Below, one piece after another: positions 14,000 to 26,632 of a stretch of DNA of 64,000 nt (position 1 is its first letter; each line of letters begins with the position of its first letter). The notes beneath the pieces were generated by a model, which searched no databases, was not told the DNA's origin, and was given only the letters and a program-made list of their open reading frames with translations. The position numbers and the translations under genes are program-made. The DNA is from Eledone cirrhosa. Its lineage: Eukaryota. Where the stretch lies: contig OZ024743.1 in the NCBI GenBank assembly GCA_964016885.1, positions 232,376,001 to 232,440,000 on the forward strand, given 5' to 3'.

Positions 14000-16900
14000 A
14001 ATTTGTAGAAGGACTGACAGGTCAAATTTTGATCTGGTCAGTCCTCCAAAATATCGTGCCCCTCAGGGCAAAAACATCCAAAATATTTTTGAAAAACAGT
14101 ACATTTTAAAAAGAAATTGCCGAAGCACCTACTTCTTTGCCAAAACAAGAAGATGGGAAGGGAAAGTCATGCCTACTTGACCAGCAGGTAGTAGCAGACA
14201 TGGACAAAAAAGGCCAACATCATCGCCTCAACATCTAGAAGTGGAACAAGCTTCAGCTGCTTGTAAGCAACTGAACACGCCTGACGTCACAAACGTCACA
14301 TGTATCCACACACAGAAGGATATATATGTAGCAAACACTTCCTTTCGTAAAGAAATGGAAATCACACAACAAAAATTGAAAATAACAGCCCACAACAGAC
14401 ACCAAAAAATACAGAAAATGAAAAAAATGAAAACACATCCAACAATACCAATCAAAAGGAAAAAATTGTCAACACAAACACCAAAGAAAATACAAACAAC
14501 AGTGACAACAACAACAAGAAAGACAACAACAGCAAAATTTCTTTTGTTGATACAGTAAAAAAAACGGAAATATTTCAACTTTTGGATTTAACCAACGCGA
14601 AACAAAAGTTGGAAGAAGCTAAACAATATGTGACTTTTGGACCCAATGGGTCATTTAGCATAAATTCACCACAAGAACTAAGGAGAGAGAATGCCCTGCA
14701 AATGCATAAAAAAACCCAGCTCAACTATCTCAGAGTGAGATTGAGCTAGTTTTAAGGAACCACATGGATAAGATTTTATTCATTCAGAAAGCCAAACTTT
14801 TCGGCAGCATCTTGGCGCTAATGAAAAACAACATAACAGCACAAAAATATTCCATCGCGCCCATTGTGTCCACCCATTTTATATTTTTCCCTACATACAT
14901 GGGAAAAAGAACGCAAAAAATAAAAATTACATGCATAAGATCCAAAGTAGATATTTGCTGGACACTTTATGGCCTAATTGACTTTGAACAAGACATTTTG
15001 ATCTCAGTAGGAAAATCCTCCAGAGATATATTTAGTGGGACTAGCGTCGAAATTCTGGTGCAGATCAGCCCAGAATGTATAATGACAATCCCACAGAGAG
15101 TACCTCTGGATGGACAGACCTACATAAACATTTCGGTTGAGGGTAGGCGGCCCGCATGTTACCACTGCGCAACTAGAGGTCACCTAAGGGCTGCCTGTCC
15201 TCAATTGACAAAAAAAAAACCACTTTTACCAACACCACAAATAACAACACAACCACCACCACCACCACCACCACCACGACAAGAAAAAACAACAGCGAAC
15301 ACTATCCCACCCAACCCCTCCCCACCCAAAACAAATACAAAAACACACACAGACACTACAGAACCCCAAAGCATACCCCTACCCATCAACACGGATGAGG
15401 AACCCCTATCGACGGCACCCAGCGGCGATGAGGAGGAACCCTTCAAAACCTGCAAAAACATCTGGATCTCGCAACATAGACGGTACATTTGGACCCGGAG
15501 GGTCGACTAGTGGTTCTGGACCTTGGCAGTGGGGAAGGCGGAGCGTTTAGATTGGTAGCCGTCTACGGCCCTTTCGCGTCAATGCGGTCGGACTTCTTCC
15601 ATCGTCTGGAGACTTTTCTAGGGACGTCCCGCTCCTTGCTATTAGTGGGGGACTGGAATGGTATCCTAGATGCAAGTTGGGACTACGTAGGGGCCTGTCC
15701 CGATAGAGAGGGGTGTAATAGCCTCAAAGGGTTAATCGGTCGATTTGACCTGGCCGATAGATATCGACTAGATTTTCCGACTGCGCCAACCTGGACTTGG
15801 GCAAACCGCAGCGGATCATCTAGGTCGTACCTAGATAGGTTCTTAGTTAGAAATAAGGATAAGGACTTTTTAAGTTGTCCAAAAATGCGCATGGTTGGCT
15901 ATTCAGACCACAAGTTAGTGACCTGCATGGTCAGCCTTAACAGAACGCATAGACAGGGACCCGGTTACTGGAAGCTCAACTTGTCCTTACCGGCAAGTAA
16001 GGCTTACAGGGACCGGATTAGCACTTTAGTTAATGAGCGGTTGACGGGCGCCATCGTCAACAGCAGGTGGTGGGGATCTCTCAAAAGAGAGATTAGAGTA
16101 GTCTCTATAGAATTTAATAAGGAGTTAGCCTCAAATATAAATAGGAAGGAAAGGGAGTTGGTAGATAGTGTAGAAGAGGCAATTAGAAGCGGTGACGTGG
16201 CCAGAGTGCTAGCGTCGAGAACGGCCCTGGGCCAGTTCTTCGACGCGAAACACGAACGCTGCATCGTCCGAAGCAAAATACGTGCTCTGGGAAACGAGCA
16301 CATAGAGAGGGTTGGGAACGAACCCGGCTTTGGCGGGGCCCTGATCAACTTGGATCAATCTAAGGCGTTCGATAGGGTCGACCATGGTTACCTGGATGCG
16401 GTGCTAGCGGCGGCAGGCTTCGGACCCGTTTTCAGGGGCTGGATCAATACCATACACAGCAGCGGCATCTGCTCTAGGGTCAAGGTGAACGGCTACCTCT
16501 CGGAGCCGTTCGAAATCGCGCGGTCCATCCGACAAGGGTGCCCTCTCTCCTCCCTTCTGTATGTAATGACTCTAGAGCCACTGCTGCGGAAGTTGGAGTT
16601 GTTGCGGGGCATCCCGTTGGAACCGGGATTGCGGAAAGCGGTGTCGGCCTACGCCGATGACGTAACAGTAATGGTGTCGACGGCCTCGGAAAACGGGGCG
16701 ATCGGCACCTTACTGGAGGAGTACGAAAGGTTTACAGGGGCTAAGATGAACCGGGACAAGTCGATCGGTCTGCAACTCGGCACGTGGAGGGGCAGATCGA
16801 TGCGCTGGACGGAGGGCCCGGTGAAGTTGCTCGGGGTCTGGTTCGGACCAGACCTCCAGGTGGAGAAGATCTGAGGTGAGGTAACGAACAGGGTGTTTGC

Positions 16901-18268
16901 ACTGACCCAGAAGTGGGCCGAGTGCAAACTGTCCCTGAATGGTCGGGCGGAGGTGGCGAACACTTATATAGCGTCCGTCAACTACTACCGCCTGACCGTC
17001 GTGCTTTGCCCAAGAGAAACGCTCACCAAAATGGAGGGCGCACTCTTTCAATTCCTTTGGAAGAAGCGGGCTCCTATGGTGAGGAGATCCATCTGCTGTC
17101 AACACCCTTCGAAAGGAGGGCTGGGGATGCCGTAGCTAATGATACGTAAACACGCATTAAGGCTACGGCACCTCCAGGTATTCCTCACCGGTCAACCGGT
17201 GTGGGCCCCGTTTGTGAGGCGAGCCTTTCTCAGACTTGTCTCGCTCACCGAGCTGCAATCCTGGGTCAAGCAAAGACCGAGAAAACTGGGCGCCTTTCAC
17301 ACCGAGTGTGCCCAGGCACTCACGGCTCTCTGGCAGGCGGACTCGGCTGTCAGTGGAGAATCCACCTCGTCATTTTATAGAGGGCTGGTGGTTAGCAGGT
17401 GCGGCGACGCGCTCGGAGAAGCCCTAGGCATGGAGGAAGACGAACTGGCCAACCTGTTCGGTAGGACATTCAGCCCAGGACTCATAGATAATTTCCAGAT
17501 GTCCCTGGCTTGGCAGTGCTACCGAGGGGCTCTGCCCGTTCGAGAAAGTCTCTACAGACACAGGCGCCCGGGTAGGGACTCTTCGAAAAAGATCTGTCCC
17601 AGATGCGGGTGTGACGAGAAAACCGTTGCACACGCATTGGTACACTGCTCGGGCATTGCCGATCTGTGGGGCTATGTCGAACAACTGCTGTCAAGGGTGG
17701 GACCGATCCGGTTGACCAGCGAGTCTATTGTAACGATCAAGCCGCCTCCCCTCTTCAAAAACGAAGGAGAGGCGGTGTTTCTGTGCGTAGTAGCCATGGC
17801 GAAAGAGGCTGTATGGTGGACGCGTCTGAAAGGACTGAGGTCAGACACCTTTCTCTTTGGCCAACAACTGGTCCGTTTCTTCCGATATCATTTCGGAAGA
17901 AGGATCAGGATGGAGAGAGAGGTACTGCACCCCAGCCGTTTCTATTAAAGATGGGTGAAAGTGGGGAGAATGGCCTGTGTGAATGGGCCTTCACTCTACA
18001 TCAGACTGTAGGTGAGAAAGATGAAAGATCATGGGAGCACACTCTCTCTGTGCTCCTGAGGAGAAGGGTTGCACACTTCTTTCGGGGGGGGGGGGGTGCG
18101 ACCCCCCAAGGCGCCTCCTCCCTATTGAGGATTTTGTTTTTCAATTTATTTTTGTTATATTTTATATTTTATATTTTTATATTTTGTTATTGCCTCACCC
18201 TTATGTAAACTTCCCCCATTGTACTTGTCCCACTCTTTGATGGCCTGGTGGCAAATAAAAATAAAGTT
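14000..18268 (+). mobile_element. L1/Tx1-clade LINE, degenerate (ORF1 with CCHC knuckle; ORF2 APE + RT + C-terminal zinc motif)
   Basis: ORF1 piece CYHCATRGHLRAAC; ORF2 VGDWN, SYLDRF, SDH, YWKLN, LDQSKAFDRV, IRQGCPLS, AYADD, GGLGMP, CPRCG...HALVHC; U-rich 3' UTR and aataaa at ~18254. The 5' boundary is approximate. Confidence 0.92.
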
Positions 18269-18539
18269 ATATATGTATAAATAGATAGATGGATCTAGAG
18301 AGAAAGAGAGAGAGTGACAGACAGACAAAGAGTGAGACAGAGAGAGAGACAGAGAGATCAGTGTTATGATGAAATATGATATCTATATGTGTATATCTAG
18401 ACGACGTATATAAGTGACACGATGGAAGGAATATATTGATAAGCATATGTGAGAAGTATGTTTGACTGTTGCGCCTATATTTATATATATATATGTATGT
18501 GTGTGTGTGTGTGTGTGTATGTATGTGTGCGTGCGTGTG

Positions 18540-18595
<56 letters not shown>

Positions 18596-18681
18596 AACAT
18601 ACAGACATAAATGCACACACACGCAGAATATATATACATGTGTGTGTGTGTGTGTATGAACGCATACACACATAGATGACC

Positions 18682-18734
<53 letters not shown>

Positions 18735-18744
18735 AACATATATA

Positions 18745-19260
18745 TATAAATCGAAAAAATGAAACGAAATTTCATTTCTCACTCTGTCACTCTGTTACTT
18801 AAATATAAGTATCTATACGTACATACATATATATATACAGACGTACAGTAGTATGTATACATATACATACATGCACACATATATATATGTACGTATGGAT
18901 TTTCCGAGCATCTATTACAATGCTCAGCCGTTAATATGCATAAGGAAAGGATATACTTTCAGGCGTTCAATCATCTGGCAGGAAGGTATAAGGTGCTGAC
19001 GATAGCTAATAAGTTTGAAACTAGTACATCGTTCCTTTGTCAGTGTTGAACTAAAGGGCAACAATGGTTGCTAAACACTGTACGGCTTAATTCGGGATGT
19101 TTGTTTACAAACAAACCGAGCTTTATAATAAATGCTCGGTAAATCCATACGTACATATATATATATATGTGCATGTATGTATATGTATACATACTACTCT
19201 ACGTTGTATACATATATGTATGTACGTATACATACTTATATGTATATATATATATATTTT
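18745..19260 (+). mobile_element. Family C hammerhead repeat, single unit preceded by an inverted segment
   Basis: 18923-19260 matches the units at 23.4 and 24.1 kb; 18745-18920 is the reverse complement of the unit 3' part. Confidence 0.8.
18992..19030 (+). ncRNA. Minimal type I hammerhead, family C
   Basis: GGTG-CTGACGA-tAGCTaataAGTTt-GAAA-CTAG-TA|CATC. Confidence 0.8.
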
Positions 19261-19438
19261 ATATATACAAACATATATAATATTAAGGATACTATTTATG
19301 ATTATGTATATATTAAACTTTTTATAGTTATGTATATTTTAAACCTTAAACAGTGAAGGTCAGTAATGTATTACTACCTTATTAAATGTAAGATAAATAG
19401 CTCAATGTAATAACATCAGTTGTTCTACAGAGCAGTTA

Positions 19439-19637
19439 TATAGAATTCACAAGAATCAAAGCTATGTTCAAAGCATTTGTTCACTTACAATTGTTTCATC
19501 CAAACCTAGAGGAAAGGAGGTCAATTATATGAGCAAACATTGAAAAATGCTCCGAAGATACCAAACCTAGGTTTGGATGAAACAATTGTAAGTGAATAAA
19601 TGCTTTGAACATAGCTTTGATTCTTGTGAGTTCTATA
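19439..19637. repeat. Inverted repeat (71-bp arms) with hammerhead family D
   Basis: Arms 19439-19509 / 19567-19637. Confidence 0.88.
19548..19594 (+). ncRNA. Type I hammerhead, family D (U4>C core variant)
   Basis: TGCT-CCGAAGA-taCCAAAC ctag GTTTGGat-GAAA-CAATTG-TA|AGTG; stem III ACAATTGT is palindromic. Confidence 0.7.
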
Positions 19638-19639
19638 CA

Positions 19640-19702
<63 letters not shown>

Positions 19703-20020
19703 ATGTATGTATATGTTTGTATTAATATTTTGTCATATCCCTACACTGTTTCCTAATAAATATAATTTTATTGTTCCTCGGTGTAAGGAGGGCGTGAACT
19801 GCAATCTTGATACTTCGAACCGATCTCATACGATCAGTTCTTCATGTAAAACCTATCATTTTTAATATTTATGCATTTAGACATTCTTGTTTTTGTTATA
19901 TACTTTTCTCCTGCTTCTTCCTTGTTAGTGTTCAACCTACGTCTATATTTCTATTTAACTGCATATCAATCCACACACGCCAATTGATATGTATATGTAT
20001 ATATATATATACATATATAT

Positions 20021-20075
<55 letters not shown>

Positions 20076-20122
20076 TATGTATACACATATACATATATCT
20101 ACACATATATCTACATATACCT

Positions 20123-20156
<34 letters not shown>

Positions 20157-20203
20157 GAAGAAGAAGAAGAAGAAGAAGAAGAAAAAAAAGAAGAGAAAAA
20201 AAG

Positions 20204-20246
<43 letters not shown>

Positions 20247-20310
20247 CATATATACATACACACATAAATACACATACTCTCGCACATATACACACACATA
20301 CATTAATAAC

Positions 20311-20347
<37 letters not shown>

Positions 20348-20433
20348 GCAATAATAATAATAACGACAACAACAATAATAATATACATATTCATATATAT
20401 ATACACACACACGCACGCACATAAGCATATCTA

Positions 20434-20546
<113 letters not shown>

Positions 20547-20552
20547 TAGCAA

Positions 20553-23198
20553 CTAACAGTGCTGCGATCGAATGTGGCTTTTTAGCCCAGCCAATGATCT
20601 AAAATGTCTTGCACAGAGTCGGCAACCAAAACATTCACTGGGAATAGTCGGCTGTGGTTGGAGTTCGTGTACTTTTGCATGTCGCTTGAGCCCTCCTGCT
20701 GATTTACATTCTCTACCACATGTTTGGCAAGCATGATGAGTAGCATCTCCAACAGCAGCCTGGTAGTCAACCACTGGTCTTACTTTATGACTGCGAAGAT
20801 GACTTTCGAGTCCAGCTTTGCTTAGGCAGAGTCTCGCACAGACGCTGCATGTCAGCATCACAGGAGGACCCTCGCCGTCTGGAAGTGCAACAGCAATGCC
20901 CTTCCTCACGTCCCGCTTTACTTTCTCGTGTGCGATTCGAGATGCCTCAAAGGCAACTTTTCCCTCATATACAGTCTTTCTCCATTTATTACGATCAGCA
21001 GCAATATTTTCCCATGCAGAGATGTTAGCGTCTTTCAGAGAGGCTTTCAGGGAATCCTTATAACTCTCTTTTTGTTTATGTGGCGGTCGTTTTCCTTTAA
21101 CCAACTCTCCATAGAAGAGTTGTTTTGGTATTCTAGAATCCTTCATCCTGGCAAGGTGACCACTCCAACGGAGTCGTTGCTTAAGCACAAGAGCTTCTAT
21201 ACTGTCACACATAGAGCTTTCCAAAATCTCGACATCACTGATGTGGTCCCTCCAGTGAACGCCATGGATCCGTCTGAGACACATCTGATGGAAACGCTCC
21301 AATTGCTTAAGGTGGCATCGATATGTGACCCAGGTCTCGCAGGCATAAAGAAGACAAGAGAGTACACATGCCCTGTACACCTTTACCTTTGTCCTCCTGC
21401 ATATGTCTCGCCGACCCCAGAGTCGCCTTTCTAGCTTTCCGAAAGCATCACTTGCTTTCCTAATCCTAGGTGAGATTTCACTGTCAAGGTTGCCGTATCG
21501 ATTGACAGTGCTTCCCAGGTAGACAAACTGATCAACCACTCCAAGTCGTCTGCCATACACATAGATGTTTGGTTCAGTGTACTGCTTACCAGGGGCAGGT
21601 TGGTACATGACGACGGTTTTCTTGAGACTGACAGTCAAACCCAGGGCAGTGCAAGCGTCAGAAAATACATTCAAAATGTGCTGCATATCACTCTGTGTGC
21701 GCTACAAGATCGCAATCATCTGCATACAAGAGGTCTCTTATGACTGATGTAAATACTTCTTGTCTTCGCAGCAAAGCGCCTGATGTTAAATATGCTGCCT
21801 GAGGTTCGATATCGGATGTAAACACCATGCTCGCAATTCCTGAATGCAATACAGAAAACCATTGCAAAGTATATGGCAAACAGGGTCGGTGCTGGAATAT
21901 CCCCCTGTTTCACTCCATTTTTTACTGAGATAGGCTCCGACATGTTACATTCGACATTAACCCAAGCCTTCATGTCGTCATGGAAAGATCTAACTAAAGC
22001 AAGGAACTTATCAGGGCAACCAAGTTTCTGGAGAACCTTCCATGATGCATCTCTGTTGACAGTATCAAAAGCCTTTGTCAGATCGACAAAAACCTGATAC
22101 AGATACAAGCCTTGTTCAATGCACTTCTCCTGGAGCTGTCTAGCTGAGAAGATCATATCAGTAGTGTGGCGTCCAGCACGAAAACCAGATTGACTTTCAG
22201 GAAGGACACAATCTGCAATGTGTGTCAGCAGACGGTCCAGAAGCACCCTACATAAAACTTTCCCTACGATAGAAAGCAATGATATACATCTGTAGTTCCC
22301 ACAATCATTCCTGTTACCCTTTCCCTTGTACAAGACCACCATTACTGCATCTCTCCAGTCCTCAGGCACGGATTCATTAACCCATATCTTTCCAAACAAA
22401 GAGTGAAGATGTTGCAGGAGTCTCTCACCACCATATTGTAGGAGCTCAGCATGTATGCCATCCATACCTGGAGATCTTCCACTGTTCAGCTTCGAAATAG
22501 CCACTGCAACCTCCACAAGCGTCGGAGGTTCTGCGAGAGCTACTTTCACAGGACTTTCCGGAATGAGATTGAGGAAATCTTCACTGACGACAGACGGCTG
22601 ATTCAAAAGATCATCAAAGTGCTCTCGCCACCTTTGTAGAATTCCCTGTGAGTCACGAAGAAGTTCTTTGCCATCTTTGCTGCGAATCGGTGTCACCAGA
22701 GAAGAAGACGGTCCATAAACCTCACGCAAGAGACTGTACAACAGCTTTGTGTTATTGCAATCAGACGCAGTTTGTATCTCACCAGCCTTCTCACTCCACC
22801 ACTGATCCTTCATCTGAGAAAGACTCCGCCTAACACGTGATTTTACATCCCTGAGCTCCTCATGCAACGTATTCCTCTCCTGTGGTTTTGCCGTCAAGTA
22901 GCGTGACAGAGCACGCCTCTTATTAGCCAACAAGTCTTCTATATGTACATCATTCTCATTAAACCAGTCCTGATGTTTTCTCTGCACCAATCCCAGAACA
23001 CGTCTGCGTACATCATAAACCGACTTTTTAAGGGTCGGCCAATCCTCACCAAGATCTGCAGCCTGCATCTCTTCTTCCAATGTCCTCTTCACATTTTTAT
23101 CCTTAAGACGAGCAGCATTCAATCTTTTGGGCAGGGCAACACCAGGAGCCCGGATTTTACGTTTGGTGATTAGATTCACTTTTGCGCGTACCAGGCGT
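20553..23198 (-). mobile_element. RTE-clade LINE copy 1, 5'-truncated and frameshifted, with 3 C-terminal C2H2 fingers
   Basis: RSPGMDGI, LPESQSGFR, FVDLTKAFDTV, GVKQGD, LLYADD, YLGS, LRWSGH; CSVC..HLRSH, CQTC..HAKVH, CRLC..HIRSQH. Confidence 0.95.
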
Positions 23199-23469
23199 GC
23201 ATATATATATGTGTGCCTGTATGTATATATATACATGCTACTGTACGTCTGTATACATATATGTATGTACGTATACGTACATACTTACATTTAAGTAAGT
23301 GCCGTACTAAGAGTGAGAAATGAAATTTCGTTACATTCTATTCCATTTATCGTTTTCGGTGCGCCCGGCCGACTGAACTCACTCGATATGCAAATTAGGC
23401 TGCTCAGCCGTTAATTTTCATAAGGAAAGTATATACTTTCGGACGTTCAACCATCTGGCAGAAAGGTAT

Positions 23470-23512
23470 ACGGTGCTGACGATAGATAATAAGCTTGAAA
23501 CTAGTACATCGT
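23470..23512 (+). ncRNA. Minimal type I hammerhead, family C
   Basis: ACGGTG-CTGACGA-tAGATaataAGCTt-GAAA-CTAG-TA|CATCGT (one stem II mismatch). Confidence 0.8.
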
Positions 23513-23733
23513 TCCTGTGTCAGTGTTGAACAAAAAGGTGACGTGGTTGCCTAAACACTGTACGGCGTAATTCAGGCTGTTTGTTTACAAACGAACAAAC
23601 CGAGCATTATAATAAATGTTCGGTAAACTGATACGTGCATATATATATATGTGTGTGCCTGTGTGTATATATATACATGCTACTGTACGTCTGTATACAT
23701 ATATGTATGTACGTATATATACATACTTACATT

Positions 23734-23784
<51 letters not shown>

Positions 23785-24206
23785 GGAAAAGAATGAAACG
23801 AAATTTTATTTCTCACTCTAATCAGCGTGAAACTAGTACATCGTTCCTGTTTCAGTGTTGAACAAAAAGTTGACGATGGTTGCCGAACACTGTACGGCGT
23901 AATTCGGACTGTTTGTTTTCAAACAAACCCAACATTATAATAAATCTTCGGTAAACCCATACGTACATATATATATGTGTGCATGTACGTCTGTATACAT
24001 ATATGTATGTAGGTATACATACTTATATTTAAGTAACAGCCGTACTAAGAGTGTGAAATGAAATTACGTTTCATTCTTTTCCATTTATCGTTTTCGGTGC
24101 GCCCGGCCGACTAACTCACTCGGTATGCAAATTAGGCTGCTCAGGCGTTAATATGCATAAGGAAAGTATATACTTTCAAACGTTCAATCATCTGACAGAA
24201 AGGTAT

Positions 24207-24249
24207 ACGATGCTGACGATAGCTAATAAGCTTGAAACTAGTACATCGT
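24207..24249 (+). ncRNA. Minimal type I hammerhead, family C (intact)
   Basis: ACGATG-CTGACGA-tAGCTaataAGCTt-GAAA-CTAG-TA|CATCGT; perfect 6-bp stem I and palindromic ACTAGT stem III. Confidence 0.9.
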
Positions 24250-25030
24250 TCCTGTGTTAATGTTGAACAAAAACGCGACGATAGTTGCCGAACACTGTAC
24301 GGCGTAATTCGGGCTGTTTGTTTACAAACAAACCGAACATTATAATAAATGTTCGGTAAACCCATACGTACATATATATATATATATGTGTGCATGTATG
24401 TATATATATACATACTACTGTACGTCTGTATACATATATGTATGTACGTATACAGACTTACATTTATATATATATATATATATGTATGTATTTATATATT
24501 TATTTTTATATATACAAATACATATACATATCTTTCTCTATATATATATGTGTGTGTGTGTGTGTGCGTGTGTGTGTATGTGTGTGTGTGTGTGCATATA
24601 TGTGTTTGCGTATAGGTATGCATGTATGCACTTATGTGTGTTTGCATGTATGTATGCCTGCATCTAATAATTTTTTTATCTACATACCTTCCTACTTATC
24701 TCTCGCCCCCTCCTCTCTTTTCCTCCCTCTTTCCCTTGCCCCTATCTCTCCCTCTCTTTCCCTCCCTCTCTCACTGTATGTACTCATATATCTTTCTGTC
24801 GCTTTATATATTAATCCATCACTATGGCGTGTCAGATTGATGAAGTTATAATCTGTTGCTTCAATTCACCCCGACATTTCTCCACGTCTCACACAGAACC
24901 GAGAAACATTCACATAAACACACACGAGTATGTACATAAAGACAAAGACAAATGCGTGTGCCTGCCTGCGAATGCGTGTGTGTGTGTGTGTGAGTGTATG
25001 TGTGTGCATATATGTATGTGTGCATGTGTG

Positions 25031-25061
<31 letters not shown>

Positions 25062-25076
25062 ATATATATATATATG

Positions 25077-25119
<43 letters not shown>

Positions 25120-25739
25120 GTGTGTGTATGTGTGTGTGTATATATATATATTTATCTGTGTGTGTGTGTATATAGTAGTGTGTGTGAGTGTGTATATATA
25201 TATGTGTGTGGGCATATATGTGTGTGTGTATATATATATATTTATCTGTGTGTGTGTGTGTGTATATAGTAGTGTGTGTGAGTGTGTATTTTTACATATA
25301 CATATGGACACACTCACACACACACTAATATAGATATTTATAAACACAAAACGGTTACACAGATTAATAAAACTAACTACACACATGCATAAAACAAATT
25401 CATATACACCTACCGACACATACACATGCTTAGCTAGAAGCACACAAACATTCACAGTTTGAGACATACTGACATCGAATATGTTCGGACCACACCACAC
25501 ACCTTTCCATCAGTTCCCTACTGTTATATGAATCCGATGAGTCAGACGAAAGGTCAGGCTCCCCTTAAGAACCCGGATGTCAATAATTCCACGTCTATTA
25601 ACCGCTCGGCTTCTTGGTTTGAAGATCGGCCAAGAGTTGCAAACCCAACTACACCACTCTACGTAACCCTTGCCCACACCCCGTCCACAAATACACGCAT
25701 ACGCACAAACACACACACACATATATATATGTATATATA

Positions 25740-25797
<58 letters not shown>

Positions 25798-26434
25798 CCA
25801 TGCACACACATACATACCGACACTTGTATACAAACATACATATATACATATATACATACATACATACAAACATGCATGCATTCACATCATACATATATAT
25901 ACATATGCATGCATGCATACATACACGCTTACATACATACACACACGAAACACCTCACCACGCTCTGACTGATTTACAGTCATCAATGTTATACTGTTAT
26001 TACTACTACTACTACTACTACTACTACAGAAGAAGAAGAAGAAGAAGAAGAAGAAGAAGAAAATGATTTCTATATTAAACACACAGGGTTCACACGAAGA
26101 AAACATTAAAGAAAACACAGGCCTGTACAGTGTGAGTTTTATGTGGGTGATGGGTTGTTTAACAAAAACTAAACAAGTAAACATTTGTAAAATCAAACAA
26201 AACAAATTCCCAAATAGGAAGAGACATCCGATATTCATTCGTGGATAAATGTCACATAATACCACGGTCACCCTTGCCTCTACAGTAAATGCCCTCTCGC
26301 AGTTGTCCTCCTCGGATTTACAGGTGCACGCTCAGAGCAAGCCCATTCACTGGAACCAGGCTCGCCACTCTCAGCCACCTATCTACAAACTGGCTGGAAG
26401 GTAGAACTATTTCTCCACAAGAAAAACAATTATA

Positions 26435-26632
26435 ATAATGGTTTCTTATATAGGCACGAGGCCAGCAATGTTTGGGGGGGGGGTCGATTAAATGGACCCC
26501 GGTGCGTGACTGGTACTTTATGTTATCGAACCCGTAAGGATGAAAGGCAAAGTTAACCTCGGCGGCATTTGAACTCAAATCATAAAGGGCCGTGAGTTCA
26601 AATCTAGCCGGGGTTAACTTGCCTTTCATCCA
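26435..26632 (-). mobile_element. SINE copy (-) plus an adjacent inverted fragment
   Basis: ctggtactttatgttatcgaacccgtaaggatgaaaggcaaagttaacctcggcggcatttgaactc is the reverse complement of the SINE core. Confidence 0.8.

Larger units (their letters stand above)
23195..24470 (+). mobile_element. Head-to-tail array of ~405-440 bp hammerhead-bearing units (family C; retrozyme- or pLTR-like)
   Basis: Repeated unit with predicted cleavage sites gaaactagta|catcg after 23506, 23838 and 24243; short inverted segment at 23778-23819; no coding capacity. Confidence 0.88.

Noticed and set aside
20553-21686. Host C2H2 zinc-finger gene
   Set aside because: The fingers are in frame with the RTE RT C-terminus and duplicated with the LINE.
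23195-24470. CRISPR-like array
   Set aside because: Long repeated units without unique spacers, eukaryotic context, no cas genes.
25534-25650. Hammerhead-like ccgatga-gtcagac-gaaa-ggtc and ttgaaga..caaa
   Set aside because: Core substitutions and no stem I or III pairing; single copy.
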